Assembly (NCBI GenBank): GCA_003158745.1
Contig: PMLC01000163.1
Location: forward strand, 24,080-88,079
Reading direction: 5' to 3'
DNA length: 64,000 nt
From: Acidobacteriota bacterium
GTDB lineage: Bacteria > Acidobacteriota > Thermoanaerobaculia > Thermoanaerobaculales > Thermoanaerobaculaceae
The notes under the pieces were generated by a model, which ran no database searches, was not told where the DNA came from, and worked only from the letters and a program-made list of their open reading frames with translations. The position numbers and the translations under genes are program-made. Shown piece by piece: positions 7,902 to 16,516 of the stretch; positions within the stretch are counted from its first letter, which is position 1, and each line of letters starts with the position of its first letter.

Positions 7902-8054
7902 CTACTTCCTCGACGGCGGCAGGGGCGCCGGGATTACCACATTCGCTCCCGCTGGCGCCTGGGGCTTCGACGGCTTCTGCGCGACGACCTTGGAGCCGGG
8001 GACGGAGATATCGACTGTGTGGGTCGCACTGCCGCTTCGAGAGCTGTTGCCCAT
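7902..8054 (-). CDS. Possible 50-aa ORF (MGNSSRSGSATHTVDISVPGSKVVAQKPSKPQAPAGANVVIPAPLPPSRK)
   Basis: Found by hand; it is below the ORF-track length cutoff. GGGAGA sits 8 nt before ATG 8052-8054. It is followed by GC hairpins and the 7776-7824 terminator. No recognisable family. Confidence 0.3.
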   Translation of the reverse strand: MGNSSRSGSATHTVDISVPGSKVVAQKPSKPQAPAGANVVIPAPLPPSRK

Positions 8055-8268
8055 TTCTTGGTTCTCCCTTTGGGCTCAAAGGCCCGGGTCCGTGGTGCGT
8101 TCAAATCGTCTGAGACTTCCCGGTACTCGCCGGGTCGCTCTTGTTGACGCTCGCAGCCAGCGGGGCGAGAACGCTTTTCGCCATTCGGGCATGGGAGAGC
8201 GCCTGTCCAGCGTACGATATTGGTTTACAGTCACTTATAAGTAGACGTTTGACGGTGCGAGCAAGGCG

Positions 8269-8961
8269 TCAACGTATAAGAGGACGTTTGCCAGGGTGGC
8301 CGGGGCGGTGGGGGAGTGGCAGCCGTTTGCACAGCGACTCGACGGCGCGGCGGATCGGCGCTAGAGCATCTTGGTCGGGGTGGCCCTCGATCTCACGGCG
8401 CTGGCGTCCGAGGTCGTCTGCAATCTCTGCCGCATCCCACCCTCCGCACTGCCACAAAGCCGCCGCCTCAAAGTGCCAGGAAGGGAGCGCGCGTTGCCGC
8501 GGACCAAGCCCCTGAGCGGCGGCCTCGATCTCCCGAAACCGCGCGCGCACATTTTTGAGAATGCGCTTCTCCACGTCCGCCCGTCTCTCCAGATGGGGAA
8601 GGTAGTCCTCCTCGATGGAAATGAGCCGCTGCTTGCGCGATCCGAACGAACAGCCGCCCCCATCAAGCGAGGGCCATACGGGTGGGGAAGAGAGATCAGG
8701 GAAGCGATCGTAGTACCGGAGAGCTGTCTCCGCGGCCTCCTGGACCCAATCGGCTTTGAGGAAGAACCACCCTGCCCACCCGTCCAGGGCTTGCGCTCCG
8801 CCATCCACTTTCCAGGCGGGGAGCACGTCGCGGACGAGCGCATCGAGGACCTCTGGAACCCTTCGTTCGACCGCACGAAGAAACTCGATTCGGGTTGCCC
8901 CTTGCACTACCGCCCTAGCCGCGAGTTCGCCGCCCCCGAGTCTAACTGTCGGGCCGGCCAT
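8269..8961 (-). CDS. Hypothetical protein, 230 aa, closely following int
   Basis: ORF 8269..9039 trimmed to ATG 8959-8961, 1 nt after the int stop (TAG 8963-8965). C-terminal GGWDAAEIADDLGRQ is HTH-like. No family recognised. Confidence 0.55.
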   Translation of the reverse strand: MAGPTVRLGGGELAARAVVQGATRIEFLRAVERRVPEVLDALVRDVLPAWKVDGGAQALDGWAGWFFLKADWVQEAAETALRYYDRFPDLSSPPVWPSLDGGGCSFGSRKQRLISIEEDYLPHLERRADVEKRILKNVRARFREIEAAAQGLGPRQRALPSWHFEAAALWQCGGWDAAEIADDLGRQRREIEGHPDQDALAPIRRAVESLCKRLPLPHRPGHPGKRPLIR

Positions 8962-8962
8962 G

Positions 8963-10198
8963 CTACTGAGCCCCCACGGCCGCGAGGCGTGGCACGGGGA
9001 AGGCCAGCACGTCTGCCTTGTCCTCAGGAGCGTCGGCAATTGCGAGCATCGCCTTCACAGTTGCCTCGACGGCCTGGCGCACGAGGTCGGTGTGGACGCG
9101 AGCGTAGATCGCCGTGATTCCTCCCGGCTGTGTGTGCCCTAGAAGGCGCGATATCACCTCGATCGGCGTCCCGGCCCCGACCGCATAGGTCACGAAGGTT
9201 CGGCGCAGCGTGTGAGGCGACACCTTTGCAACGCCACAGGCTTTCACGATTCGGCGCCAGCCTTTTTGTGGCACCTGATTCAAGTACCCCTTGGCCGCGC
9301 GAGGGGAGGGGAACACGGCCTCTGTGCTCTCCGGCTGCAACTCGCGGCGCCCCCTCAGGAGTTCCACAACGGGGGAGGCGAGCGGTAGCACCAGCGGGCG
9401 CCCTGCCTTCATCGCCGAGGCCGGGATTTTCCAAACCCCGTCGCGGAGGTTGAGGTCGGACCAGGCGGCCGCCTTGAGTGTACCGGCGCGCACACCGGTC
9501 AAGAGCAAGAGCAGGACGAAATCTCGCACGTCCGCGTCGGGCTCCTTGCGAGCGGCGCGAATGAAGGCCCGGAGTTCCTTCGGCGCGAGGTAGCGCTCCT
9601 TCGCCGCCTCGCGGTTGCGGGGTGTTCCGCTCACGGGGTTGTTGAGGTCAAGGCCCCACTCGCGGGCCTTTTCGAACATCGTGTGCTGGAGCGCACGCAC
9701 GCGGTTCGCCTGCACGGGGCCTGCCTTGCTCTTGACCTTCTCGAGCAGGCGCACAACCTCGGCGCGCTTGATAGAGGAGAGAGGTCGCGAACCGACGGCG
9801 GCGCGGAGGCGGAGCTTCCACCGCTGTTCGTCCTGCTTCCAGTCGCGCTTGTTCGCTTTCGCGTGGCGGTCAAGGTACATCGTCCACAACTCGGCGCCCT
9901 TCATCTCCCACTTCACGGCGCGGAGTTTCTCCGCGGGATCCTCGCCCTTGCCGCGGTCGACGTTGTACTGTCGCGCCACCTGGCGCACGTCCTCAACGGC
10001 CTGCACGTCCTCGAGAGGAGCGATGCGAACGCGCTCCACCTTCGAGCGAACCCGGCGCACCCAATAGAACACCTTCGAGCCGGCCGGGGTCACGGTCAGC
10101 ACGAGCCCCGGCGTGGTGGGGTCGCGGTAGTCAAACCGCTTGGGGCGAGACTTGAGGGCTGCCAGAGCCTTGAGGTCGAACGGTGTTGTGCGTGACAT
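8963..10198 (-). CDS. int: Tyrosine recombinase/integrase, P4-like with N-terminal arm-binding domain
   Basis: 411 aa. AGGAG sits 5 nt before the ATG. N-terminus ...GLVLTVTPAGSKVFYWVRR (DUF4102-like). C-terminal HTLRRTF...LLGH...YAR catalytic-region motifs. Confidence 0.9.
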   Translation of the reverse strand: MSRTTPFDLKALAALKSRPKRFDYRDPTTPGLVLTVTPAGSKVFYWVRRVRSKVERVRIAPLEDVQAVEDVRQVARQYNVDRGKGEDPAEKLRAVKWEMKGAELWTMYLDRHAKANKRDWKQDEQRWKLRLRAAVGSRPLSSIKRAEVVRLLEKVKSKAGPVQANRVRALQHTMFEKAREWGLDLNNPVSGTPRNREAAKERYLAPKELRAFIRAARKEPDADVRDFVLLLLLTGVRAGTLKAAAWSDLNLRDGVWKIPASAMKAGRPLVLPLASPVVELLRGRRELQPESTEAVFPSPRAAKGYLNQVPQKGWRRIVKACGVAKVSPHTLRRTFVTYAVGAGTPIEVISRLLGHTQPGGITAIYARVHTDLVRQAVEATVKAMLAIADAPEDKADVLAFPVPRLAAVGAQ

Positions 10199-10230
10199 CG
10201 TGACTCCTAATCACGCGGCCGGGGCCGCAT

Positions 10231-10254
10231 TCGGTTCAACACCGGTTCAACATC
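10231..10254 (+). repeat. Arm-type repeats (tandem CGGTTCAACA CCGGTTCAACA) between P_int and int
   Basis: tCGGTTCAACACCGGTTCAACATC. Shares the 20-mer with 3870-3889. Lies in the int 5' leader, 33-56 nt upstream of the int ATG. Confidence 0.7.
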
Positions 10255-10297
10255 TTTCTGAGACGGCTCGGTCACGTTTGCACCTCACCTCAAAGGA

Positions 10298-10327
10298 ATA
10301 GTAAGCGTAGCTCATTTTTTTTGTAAA
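10298..10327 (-). promoter_or_regulatory. Candidate int promoter
   Basis: Minus strand reads TTTACA (10327-10322), 18-nt spacer, TACTAT (10303-10298). The arm repeats lie in the resulting ~100-nt leader. Confidence 0.5.
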
Positions 10328-10389
10328 GGTTGCGGAGGATTGTGCGGAGTTGCGAAATGTCTCTCAAGACCCCTCAATTGCGACAGCTT

Positions 10390-10438
10390 GTGACTTAAAA
10401 TCACGGTGTCGCCGGTTCAATTCCGGCCTTGGGCACCA
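10390..10438 (+). repeat. attR core (partial tRNA-Phe 3' half, not a functional tRNA)
   Basis: GTGACTtAAAATCACGGTGTCGCCGGTTCAATTCCGGCCTTGGGCACCA. There is no matching 5' half (no acceptor or D-arm) upstream. Confidence 0.9.
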
Positions 10439-10449
10439 CTCCGATCAAT

Positions 10450-10475
10450 GCCCCCGCCTGCGGCGGGGCTTTTTT
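10450..10475 (+). terminator. Intrinsic terminator, probably the original tRNA-Phe terminator displaced by the island
   Basis: CCCCGCC-tgc-GGCGGGG followed by CTTTTTT, starting 12 nt after the attR core. Confidence 0.7.
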
Positions 10476-10531
10476 CGGTCACTTGCTCGGATGAAAAGTC
10501 CGTCCACGGAACCTCGCGGGACGGTTTCGCC

Positions 10532-11974
10532 TCAGCCCTTGATGACGCCCAGCGGGCGCAGGCGGGCCACGGGAAGTGCGATGCCGGAGAGCTGGAGCGC
10601 CTCGACCACGTCGGCGGCGTCCTTGTAGGCCTGGGGCATCTCCTCGGCGAGCGTCTTGGCCGAGCGGGCTGCCACGACTATGCCCCGCTGCTCGAGTTCG
10701 TGTGAGATGTCCCGCCCCGCCCCGGCCCGCCTGGCGGCGTGGCGCGACATGCTGCGCCCCGCCCCGTGCGCGGCCGAGCCGAACGTCTCCCGCATCGCGA
10801 ACTGGGTCCCCACACAAACGAACGACGGGCGTCCCATGTCGGCGGGGATCAGCACCGGCTGGCCTACGGCGCGGTACGCAGCCGGCACATCTGGGTGTCC
10901 CGCAGGGAACGCGCGCGTCGCGCCCTTGCGGTGGACGAGCAGCATCCGGCGCTGGCCTCCGACGTCGTGCTCTTCGAGCTTCGCGATGTTGTGGGCGACG
11001 TCGTAGACGAGGCGGAATCCGAGTGATGACCGGCTCCCTCCCAAAACGCGGACCATCGCACGCTCGATGAGAACCATCATGACTTGCCGGTTTGCCCAAG
11101 CGAAGTTGGCGGCCGCGCGCATCGCGGCGAGGTAGCGTGCGCCCTCCGGCGAGGAGAGTGGCACCGCCACCAATTGCGGGTCGGGGAGCGGGATACGGTC
11201 GCGTCCCTTGTTCTTGTGCATTGCCGCGAGGGCGTCGTCGCACACCTGGTACCCGAGGCCTCGCGAGCCCGAGTGGAGCAGCACCGTGAGCTGGCCCTCG
11301 GCGAGTCCGAAGGCCTCCGCCGTCCTCTGATCGAGGACTTCGTCGACGACCTGGATCTCGGCGAAATGGTTGCCGGATCCGAGTGTCCCGAGCTGCGGGG
11401 CCCCCCGTTCCCTGGCGCGGTGCGACAGCGCCGCCGGGTCCGCGCCGGGGAGGCAGCCCTCGGCCTCGGTGAACGCCAGATCTTCCGGCTCCCCGTAGCC
11501 GGCGCGGATGGCCCACCCGGCCCCCGTCCGAAGCACCGCGTCGAGATTGTGGTCCGTCAGCCTCGCGATCGCGCCCTCGCTGCCGACCCCCGCGGGGACG
11601 TCGCGCTCGATCTGCAGCACCAGTCGGCGCAGGCGGTCACCCAAGTCGCTTGCTCGCAGGTCCGTGCGCATGAGCCGGACACCGCAGTTGATGTCGTATC
11701 CGACGCCCCCAGGAGAGACGATGCCTTCGGCCGCGTCGAAAGCAGCCACGCCGCCGATCGGGAAACCGTACCCTTCGTGCATGTCCGGCATCGCCAGCGA
11801 TGCTCCGACGATGCCCGGCAGATGCGCGACGTTGCACACCTGCTCCAGGGAACGGTCGCCGCGGATGGCCGCGAGCAGTCTCTCGCTGGCGAAGACGCGC
11901 GCGGGCACCCGCATCCCGCCCGTGGGTGCAACCTCCCAAACGCCCGGCCCTACCCGCTCGAGGTCCTTGCTCAC
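10532..11974 (-). CDS. rtcB: RNA-splicing ligase RtcB
   Basis: HLPGIVGASLAMPDMHEGYGFPIGG, GGVGYDINCGVR, GSGNHFAEIQ and HSGSRGLG motifs. Start set to GTG 11972-11974 because TATATT ends 6 nt upstream. The longer ORF-track N-terminus is Arg/Gly-rich. Confidence 0.9.
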   Translation of the reverse strand: MSKDLERVGPGVWEVAPTGGMRVPARVFASERLLAAIRGDRSLEQVCNVAHLPGIVGASLAMPDMHEGYGFPIGGVAAFDAAEGIVSPGGVGYDINCGVRLMRTDLRASDLGDRLRRLVLQIERDVPAGVGSEGAIARLTDHNLDAVLRTGAGWAIRAGYGEPEDLAFTEAEGCLPGADPAALSHRARERGAPQLGTLGSGNHFAEIQVVDEVLDQRTAEAFGLAEGQLTVLLHSGSRGLGYQVCDDALAAMHKNKGRDRIPLPDPQLVAVPLSSPEGARYLAAMRAAANFAWANRQVMMVLIERAMVRVLGGSRSSLGFRLVYDVAHNIAKLEEHDVGGQRRMLLVHRKGATRAFPAGHPDVPAAYRAVGQPVLIPADMGRPSFVCVGTQFAMRETFGSAAHGAGRSMSRHAARRAGAGRDISHELEQRGIVVAARSAKTLAEEMPQAYKDAADVVEALQLSGIALPVARLRPLGVIKG

Positions 11975-12042
11975 ACGTCCAATATAGGCTCGCGACCGAG
12001 AAGGAGAGTGGCGCCCGCTCGTGGCGCCTGGTGTCCGGCGGG

Positions 12043-12651
12043 TCACGCGCCCCGGCGGCGCCCGCGGTCCGCTCCGTCCTTCTTGCCGAAGAACGCCCGA
12101 GCAGCGGTTCCGCCGACCCAACCTTCGACCACCTCGGCCCAGCGCCCTCTGGCATCGAGGAGGAACTTCACGAGCTCGCGAACGGCACCGTGACCACCGG
12201 GAGAGCCGGCGACGAAGTGGCAGCGTTCCCGCACCTCGCTCGCCGCGTCGGCTGGGCAGGCCGCCAATCCGACCACCGTGAGCGCCGGGAGGTCCGGGAG
12301 GTCGTCCCCCATGAACGCGACCTCGGCCACGGGGACGCCGATGCGGTCCGCGAGAATTATGACGTCGGCCCTCTTGTCGCGGCTGCCCTGAACGGAAAAC
12401 TCGCGAGGGATGCCAAGGTCACTCAGGCGCGGCCTCACGGGCCCGGCGAGGCGTCCCGACAGGATGGCGACCGTGATCCCCTCGGTCACCGCGAGCCTGA
12501 TGGCAAAGCCGTCCCGTGCCGAGAATGCCTTGAGCGACTCGCCGCGAGCGCTGTAGAACAGGCTCGCGTCGGTGAGCACGCCGTCGACGTCCAGCACGAG
12601 CGCCTTGACCCGCATGGCGCGCGTCAGCAGGTCCTGCTTCGATAAGGACAC
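12043..12651 (-). CDS. kdsC: KDO 8-phosphate phosphatase (HAD-IIIA)
   Basis: LVLDVDGVLTD...SARDG...ILSGR...GDDLPDL pattern, typical of KdsC. GTG start with GGAGG 6 nt upstream. Confidence 0.8.
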   Translation of the reverse strand: MSLSKQDLLTRAMRVKALVLDVDGVLTDASLFYSARGESLKAFSARDGFAIRLAVTEGITVAILSGRLAGPVRPRLSDLGIPREFSVQGSRDKRADVIILADRIGVPVAEVAFMGDDLPDLPALTVVGLAACPADAASEVRERCHFVAGSPGGHGAVRELVKFLLDARGRWAEVVEGWVGGTAARAFFGKKDGADRGRRRGA

Positions 12652-12819
12652 CCCGCACCTCCGGAGGCTATGCTAGTTGTTTGCGCGTCGCGAAAGAAGG
12701 GCCGGGAGACGGACCCGCGGGCCCGGTTCGGGGCGCTAGGGTGGATCGGCTATGGTTGTCTTCGGTCCGATCATAGCGGCTCCCGACCATTCCCCGATCG
12801 GACCGCGTAAAATCACAAG

Positions 12820-13809
12820 ATGCGGCCGATCGTCGAGGTGGTGAACTTGGCAGTGGCCTTTCCGGACTCGACCCGCGGCTGGCGCCGTGTCGTTGACGGC
12901 GTGACGGTCGCCTTGGAGGAAGGGGAGGCCATGGGAGTCGTAGGCGAATCCGGGTGCGGCAAGACGCTCACCGTTCTTGCCCTTCTCCGCCTGATTCCCG
13001 AGCCGGGGCGGATCGTCGGCGGCAGCGTCCGCATCGGCGGCGAGGACGTGCTTGCGGCGGAGGAGCGGCGCCTGTGCTGGGTCCGGGGCGCCATGGTCGG
13101 ACTCATCTTTCAGGAACCAGCGCAGGCGCTGAATCCCGTCCGCTCCGTCGCGTCACAGGTCGTCGAGGCGGCCCGCCTCCACGGGGAAGTGTCAGTCTCC
13201 CAGGCGCATGCCCTGGCAAGACGGCTCCTCGCGGAGGTGGGGCTCGAGGACCCGGATCGGATCGCCCGCTCGTACCCCCACCAGCTCTCGGGAGGGCAGA
13301 GACAGCGGGTGCTGCTCGCATCGGCGCTCGCGGCCGATCCCCGTGTGCTGGTCGCGGACGAGCCCACGTCCGCCCTCGACACCGTGTCGCAGCAGCGGAT
13401 GGTGGAACTCCTCCAGAGGCTCCGTGAGAGCCGGCGCCTGAGCCTCCTGTTCGTGAGTCACGATCTTTCCCTGGTCGGGCGCATCGTCGATCGGATCACC
13501 GTGCTCTACGCCGGGGAGACTGTGGAGGTCGCTGGCCGCGAAACGTTGCTCGCCGATCCCAAACACCCCTACACCAGAGCGCTGCTTGAAACGCGAGTGG
13601 CGATCGGGGACGGGCCGGACGCCCGCTTCCCGACGGTGCCCGGCCGGGTACCCCGGTCCCGCGACTGGGGGCGCGGATGTCGCTTCGCCCCCCGTTGCCC
13701 GTACGCTCTTAGACAATGCCGCGAGGCGCGCCCTGCGCTGACGGTGCTCGAGCGGGGACGCACGGTGCGTTGCTTCCTTCTGGGAGATGCGGAGGAACCC
13801 GTTGCCTGA
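12820..13809 (+). CDS. Opp/Dpp-type ABC transporter ATP-binding protein (OppD/DppD-like)
   Basis: GESGCGKT Walker [20 protein letters not shown], and the C-terminal HPYTRALL Opp/Dpp extension. TAAAAT ends 6 nt upstream of the ATG and there is no SD. Confidence 0.85.
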   Translation: MRPIVEVVNLAVAFPDSTRGWRRVVDGVTVALEEGEAMGVVGESGCGKTLTVLALLRLIPEPGRIVGGSVRIGGEDVLAAEERRLCWVRGAMVGLIFQEPAQALNPVRSVASQVVEAARLHGEVSVSQAHALARRLLAEVGLEDPDRIARSYPHQLSGGQRQRVLLASALAADPRVLVADEPTSALDTVSQQRMVELLQRLRESRRLSLLFVSHDLSLVGRIVDRITVLYAGETVEVAGRETLLADPKHPYTRALLETRVAIGDGPDARFPTVPGRVPRSRDWGRGCRFAPRCPYALRQCREARPALTVLERGRTVRCFLLGDAEEPVA

Positions 13810-14665
13810 GGTAGGACCCGTCCCCATCCTAGCCGCCGAGGGGATCTCGCGTCGGTACCAGGTCCGAGGCGGGTCAGCGTCGCGGCACCTGGGCGTGGTT
13901 CAAGCCCTTGAGCGGGTTTCGTTCGAGCTTCGGCAAGGCGAGATCGTGGGGGTTGTCGGGAGGTCCGGGGCAGGAAAGAGCACGCTGGCGAGGGTCCTGC
14001 TCGGTCTCGAACCGGCGGATGAAGGTACCGTCCTGTACGCGGGCAGCCCGCTGCAGAACTTGAGCAGGAACGACCTCCAGAGATTGAGACGTTCCGTTCA
14101 GATCGTCTTTCAGGACCCGCACTCCTCGCTCGACCCGCGTCAATCGATCGGAGGCATCCTCTCGGAGCCGCTCGCAGTCCACAACCTCGTGCCGCGGAGC
14201 AGACGCCGAGAGCGCTGCCTCGAGCTCCTGTCCGGTGTGGGGTTGCCCCCGGACGAGGATCTTCTCGGGCGTCCGCCGCGCGAGCTGTCCGGGGGTGAGC
14301 GCCAACGTGTCGCGATTGCGAGGGCAATTGCCTGCAACCCGGAGCTCTTGATCCTCGATGAACCGGTCTCGGCGCTCGACGTGTCGGTTCGCGGCCAGGT
14401 GCTCAACCTCTTGCTGGATCTGCACCGCCGGACGGGCCTGGCGATGATGGTGATAGCTCATGACGTGCGTCTTATCTCGCACCTTTGCGTCCGGGTCGCG
14501 GTCGTGGCGGAGGGTCGGATCGTCGAGGAGGGCCCCGCGGGGCAGGTGCTCGGCCGGCCCGCGAATCCAGTCACGGCGGAACTTCTTGCCTCAGCCACGT
14601 GGCTCGAAACCGGGCGGCAAGCGGGACCGGCAATCGCTAGCAGAGAACCTCGAACCGGAAGTTGA
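13787..14665 (+). CDS. Opp/Dpp-type ABC transporter ATP-binding protein (OppF/DppF-like)
   Basis: GRSGAGKST, LSGGERQRVAIARA, ILDEPVSALD. An alternative start is TTG 13802, with GGAGG 6 nt upstream. Confidence 0.85.
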   Translation: MRRNPLPEVGPVPILAAEGISRRYQVRGGSASRHLGVVQALERVSFELRQGEIVGVVGRSGAGKSTLARVLLGLEPADEGTVLYAGSPLQNLSRNDLQRLRRSVQIVFQDPHSSLDPRQSIGGILSEPLAVHNLVPRSRRRERCLELLSGVGLPPDEDLLGRPPRELSGGERQRVAIARAIACNPELLILDEPVSALDVSVRGQVLNLLLDLHRRTGLAMMVIAHDVRLISHLCVRVAVVAEGRIVEEGPAGQVLGRPANPVTAELLASATWLETGRQAGPAIASREPRTGS

Positions 14666-14809
14666 CGTTGAAGAAGAGACGCCGGGTTGGCGATCGGCTT
14701 CGGAGGGGTTTGCCCGTCTCCGGGTTCGGGTAAAGTGGTGCCCGGCCCGGGCAAGCCTGAAACCAGTGCACGGCCCGGAACGTAATAGATCATCGATGCG
14801 GGAGCGGAG

Positions 14810-16516
14810 GTGCTTGTGAGAGCGAGGAGCCTCAAGAGCGGTGTGGCCGCGGTGATCGGGGCCATGGCACTGAACGCATGGGCGGCCGAGCCGCGTTTCG
14901 AGGTGGGAACTGCGCCCGGACAGCAGATTCGCGGCGCACAGTTGGGCGCCCCGGAGATGCGGCTCTCGCTCCAAGATGCGGTCGCGCTCGCGCTCGCTCA
15001 CAACATCAACCTCGAGGTTTCCCGGCTGGGACTTGCGTCGGCCCGGCAGGGGCTCCTGGGGAGCACCGGAATCTTCGACCCGGTCATATCGTCGAGCCTG
15101 GGCGCCTCGTATTCTGAGAGCCCCTCCACCAACTCCCTCATGGGCGCGGAGGTCGGGATTCAGCGCGGACGGGAGTTCGATCTCTCCCTGGGGGCGCTGG
15201 TGCCCACCGGCGGCACGTACTCAGTCGGATGGACCAACTCGCGTAGCAGAACCAACTCCAGCTTCTATTTCCTGAACCCCGCGTACAGTTCCGGCCTGGT
15301 GGCCTCCCTCAAGCAGCCGCTCCTGAAGGGCTTCGGCACCGACGTCAATCGCACCGCGATCGAGGTTGCCCGCAGGAACAGAGACATCTCGCGGGTCGGG
15401 TTCGAGGAGATCGTGATCAGTACGGCTCAGTCGGTCGAGAGTGCGTACTGGAACCTCGTGTACGCGATCGATAACCTCAGGGCCAGACAGCACTCGCTCA
15501 TGCTCGCGCAGGACCTATTGGAACAGACCCGGACTCGGGTGCGAATCGGCACCCTGGCGCCGATCGACATCGTGCAGCCCGAGGCAGCCGTGGCAGCGCG
15601 CGAGGTGGACATTATTCAGGCGGAGAACGCCATCGGGAACGCCGGCGATGTTCTCAAGGGCCTCATCGGGTTCGAAAACCCCGAGGACTGGAAGAGCAGG
15701 ATCGTTCCGACTGATGCACTCGAGGTTACGACGGAGCATGCGGACCTCGACAAGGCAATCGCGGGTGCCCTCGAGAAAAGGCCCGAACTCCGCCAGCGGC
15801 AGCTCGAGCTGGAGATCGGCGAGGTCGATCTCCTGGCTGCCAGGAACGCGGTCAAGCCCCAGTTCGATCTCTCGTTGAACTACGGCTACTCGGGAGTTGG
15901 GGGAGACACGACCGGAGTCGATCCGCTGACCGGTCAGGTGATCCCGTTCATCTCGGGCGGGTGGAGCGACCCCCTGAGCCAGATCTATCACCGAGACTAC
16001 AGTCAGTGGTCGGCGATGGCTAGTTTCTCCTATCCGTTAGGCAACCACCAAGCCAAGGCGCAGCTGGCTCAGAGACGGTTCGACGTGACGACGGCGCGCC
16101 AGAACATCGCTCTGCAGCGCCAGGCGGTGATTCAAGACGTCCGCACCGCCGTTCGGGGACTGGAGGCGAGCGTCAAGGGGATCGCAGCTGCAGTCAAGTC
16201 CCGCGAGCTGGCGGAGCGGAACCTCGATGCGGAGCAGAAGAAGTTGGCAAACGGAATGTCGACCAACTTCGAGGTGGTCAAGGTCCAGGACGACCTCGCG
16301 GCCGCCCAGACGGCGGAGCTCCAGGCCCGGGTCTTCTACCGTCAGGCAGTCGCCGCGTACCGGGTGGCATCGGGGGCGCTGCTCGACGAGATGGGCATCG
16401 CCGTCAAGGGGGAGCCGGAGGAGCCCGAGCCTCACACGGGACTCAAGGATGTCGGGCCCTTCCAGTTCGGGCACTACCTCAAAGACCGGTCCGCGGCGCC
16501 GGCGCAGAAACCGTGA
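14810..16516 (+). CDS. TolC-family outer membrane efflux protein
   Basis: Signal peptide ...[12 protein letters not shown]. Internally duplicated coiled/beta architecture, about 560 aa. GGAGCGGAGG lies at the start (GTG 14810 or 14816). Confidence 0.8.
   Translation: MLVRARSLKSGVAAVIGAMALNAWAAEPRFEVGTAPGQQIRGAQLGAPEMRLSLQDAVALALAHNINLEVSRLGLASARQGLLGSTGIFDPVISSSLGASYSESPSTNSLMGAEVGIQRGREFDLSLGALVPTGGTYSVGWTNSRSRTNSSFYFLNPAYSSGLVASLKQPLLKGFGTDVNRTAIEVARRNRDISRVGFEEIVISTAQSVESAYWNLVYAIDNLRARQHSLMLAQDLLEQTRTRVRIGTLAPIDIVQPEAAVAAREVDIIQAENAIGNAGDVLKGLIGFENPEDWKSRIVPTDALEVTTEHADLDKAIAGALEKRPELRQRQLELEIGEVDLLAARNAVKPQFDLSLNYGYSGVGGDTTGVDPLTGQVIPFISGGWSDPLSQIYHRDYSQWSAMASFSYPLGNHQAKAQLAQRRFDVTTARQNIALQRQAVIQDVRTAVRGLEASVKGIAAAVKSRELAERNLDAEQKKLANGMSTNFEVVKVQDDLAAAQTAELQARVFYRQAVAAYRVASGALLDEMGIAVKGEPEEPEPHTGLKDVGPFQFGHYLKDRSAAPAQKP

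Larger units (their letters stand above)
3800..10438. mobile_element. Integrative genomic island (about 6.6 kb) in the 3' end of tRNA-Phe
   Basis: Flanked by a direct repeat of the tRNA 3' half. Tyrosine integrase lies at the attR-proximal end. All cargo genes are on the minus strand. Cargo lines are visibly lower in G+C. The tRNA terminator sits beyond attR. Confidence 0.85.

Noticed and set aside
10390-10438. A second tRNA-Phe or tRNA pseudogene at the right end of the island.
   Set aside because: Only the 3' half is present, and the upstream sequence cannot form an acceptor stem or D-arm. It is better explained as the attR duplication.
10494-10524. A hairpin after the rtcB stop as its terminator.
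   Set aside because: It has only a 6-bp stem with a 13-nt loop and a 4-T tract, which is too weak to annotate.
10479-12193. Large antisense or out-of-frame ORFs. Examples: 10479..11516, 11084..12193, 13569..14327, 20023..21024, 23150..24139, 34757..35680, 36938..38155, 39829..40803, 43117..43983 and 59985..61271.
   Set aside because: Each lies inside a gene with strong family motifs on the other strand or frame. Their translations are low-complexity Arg/Pro/Gly/Ala strings with no motifs.
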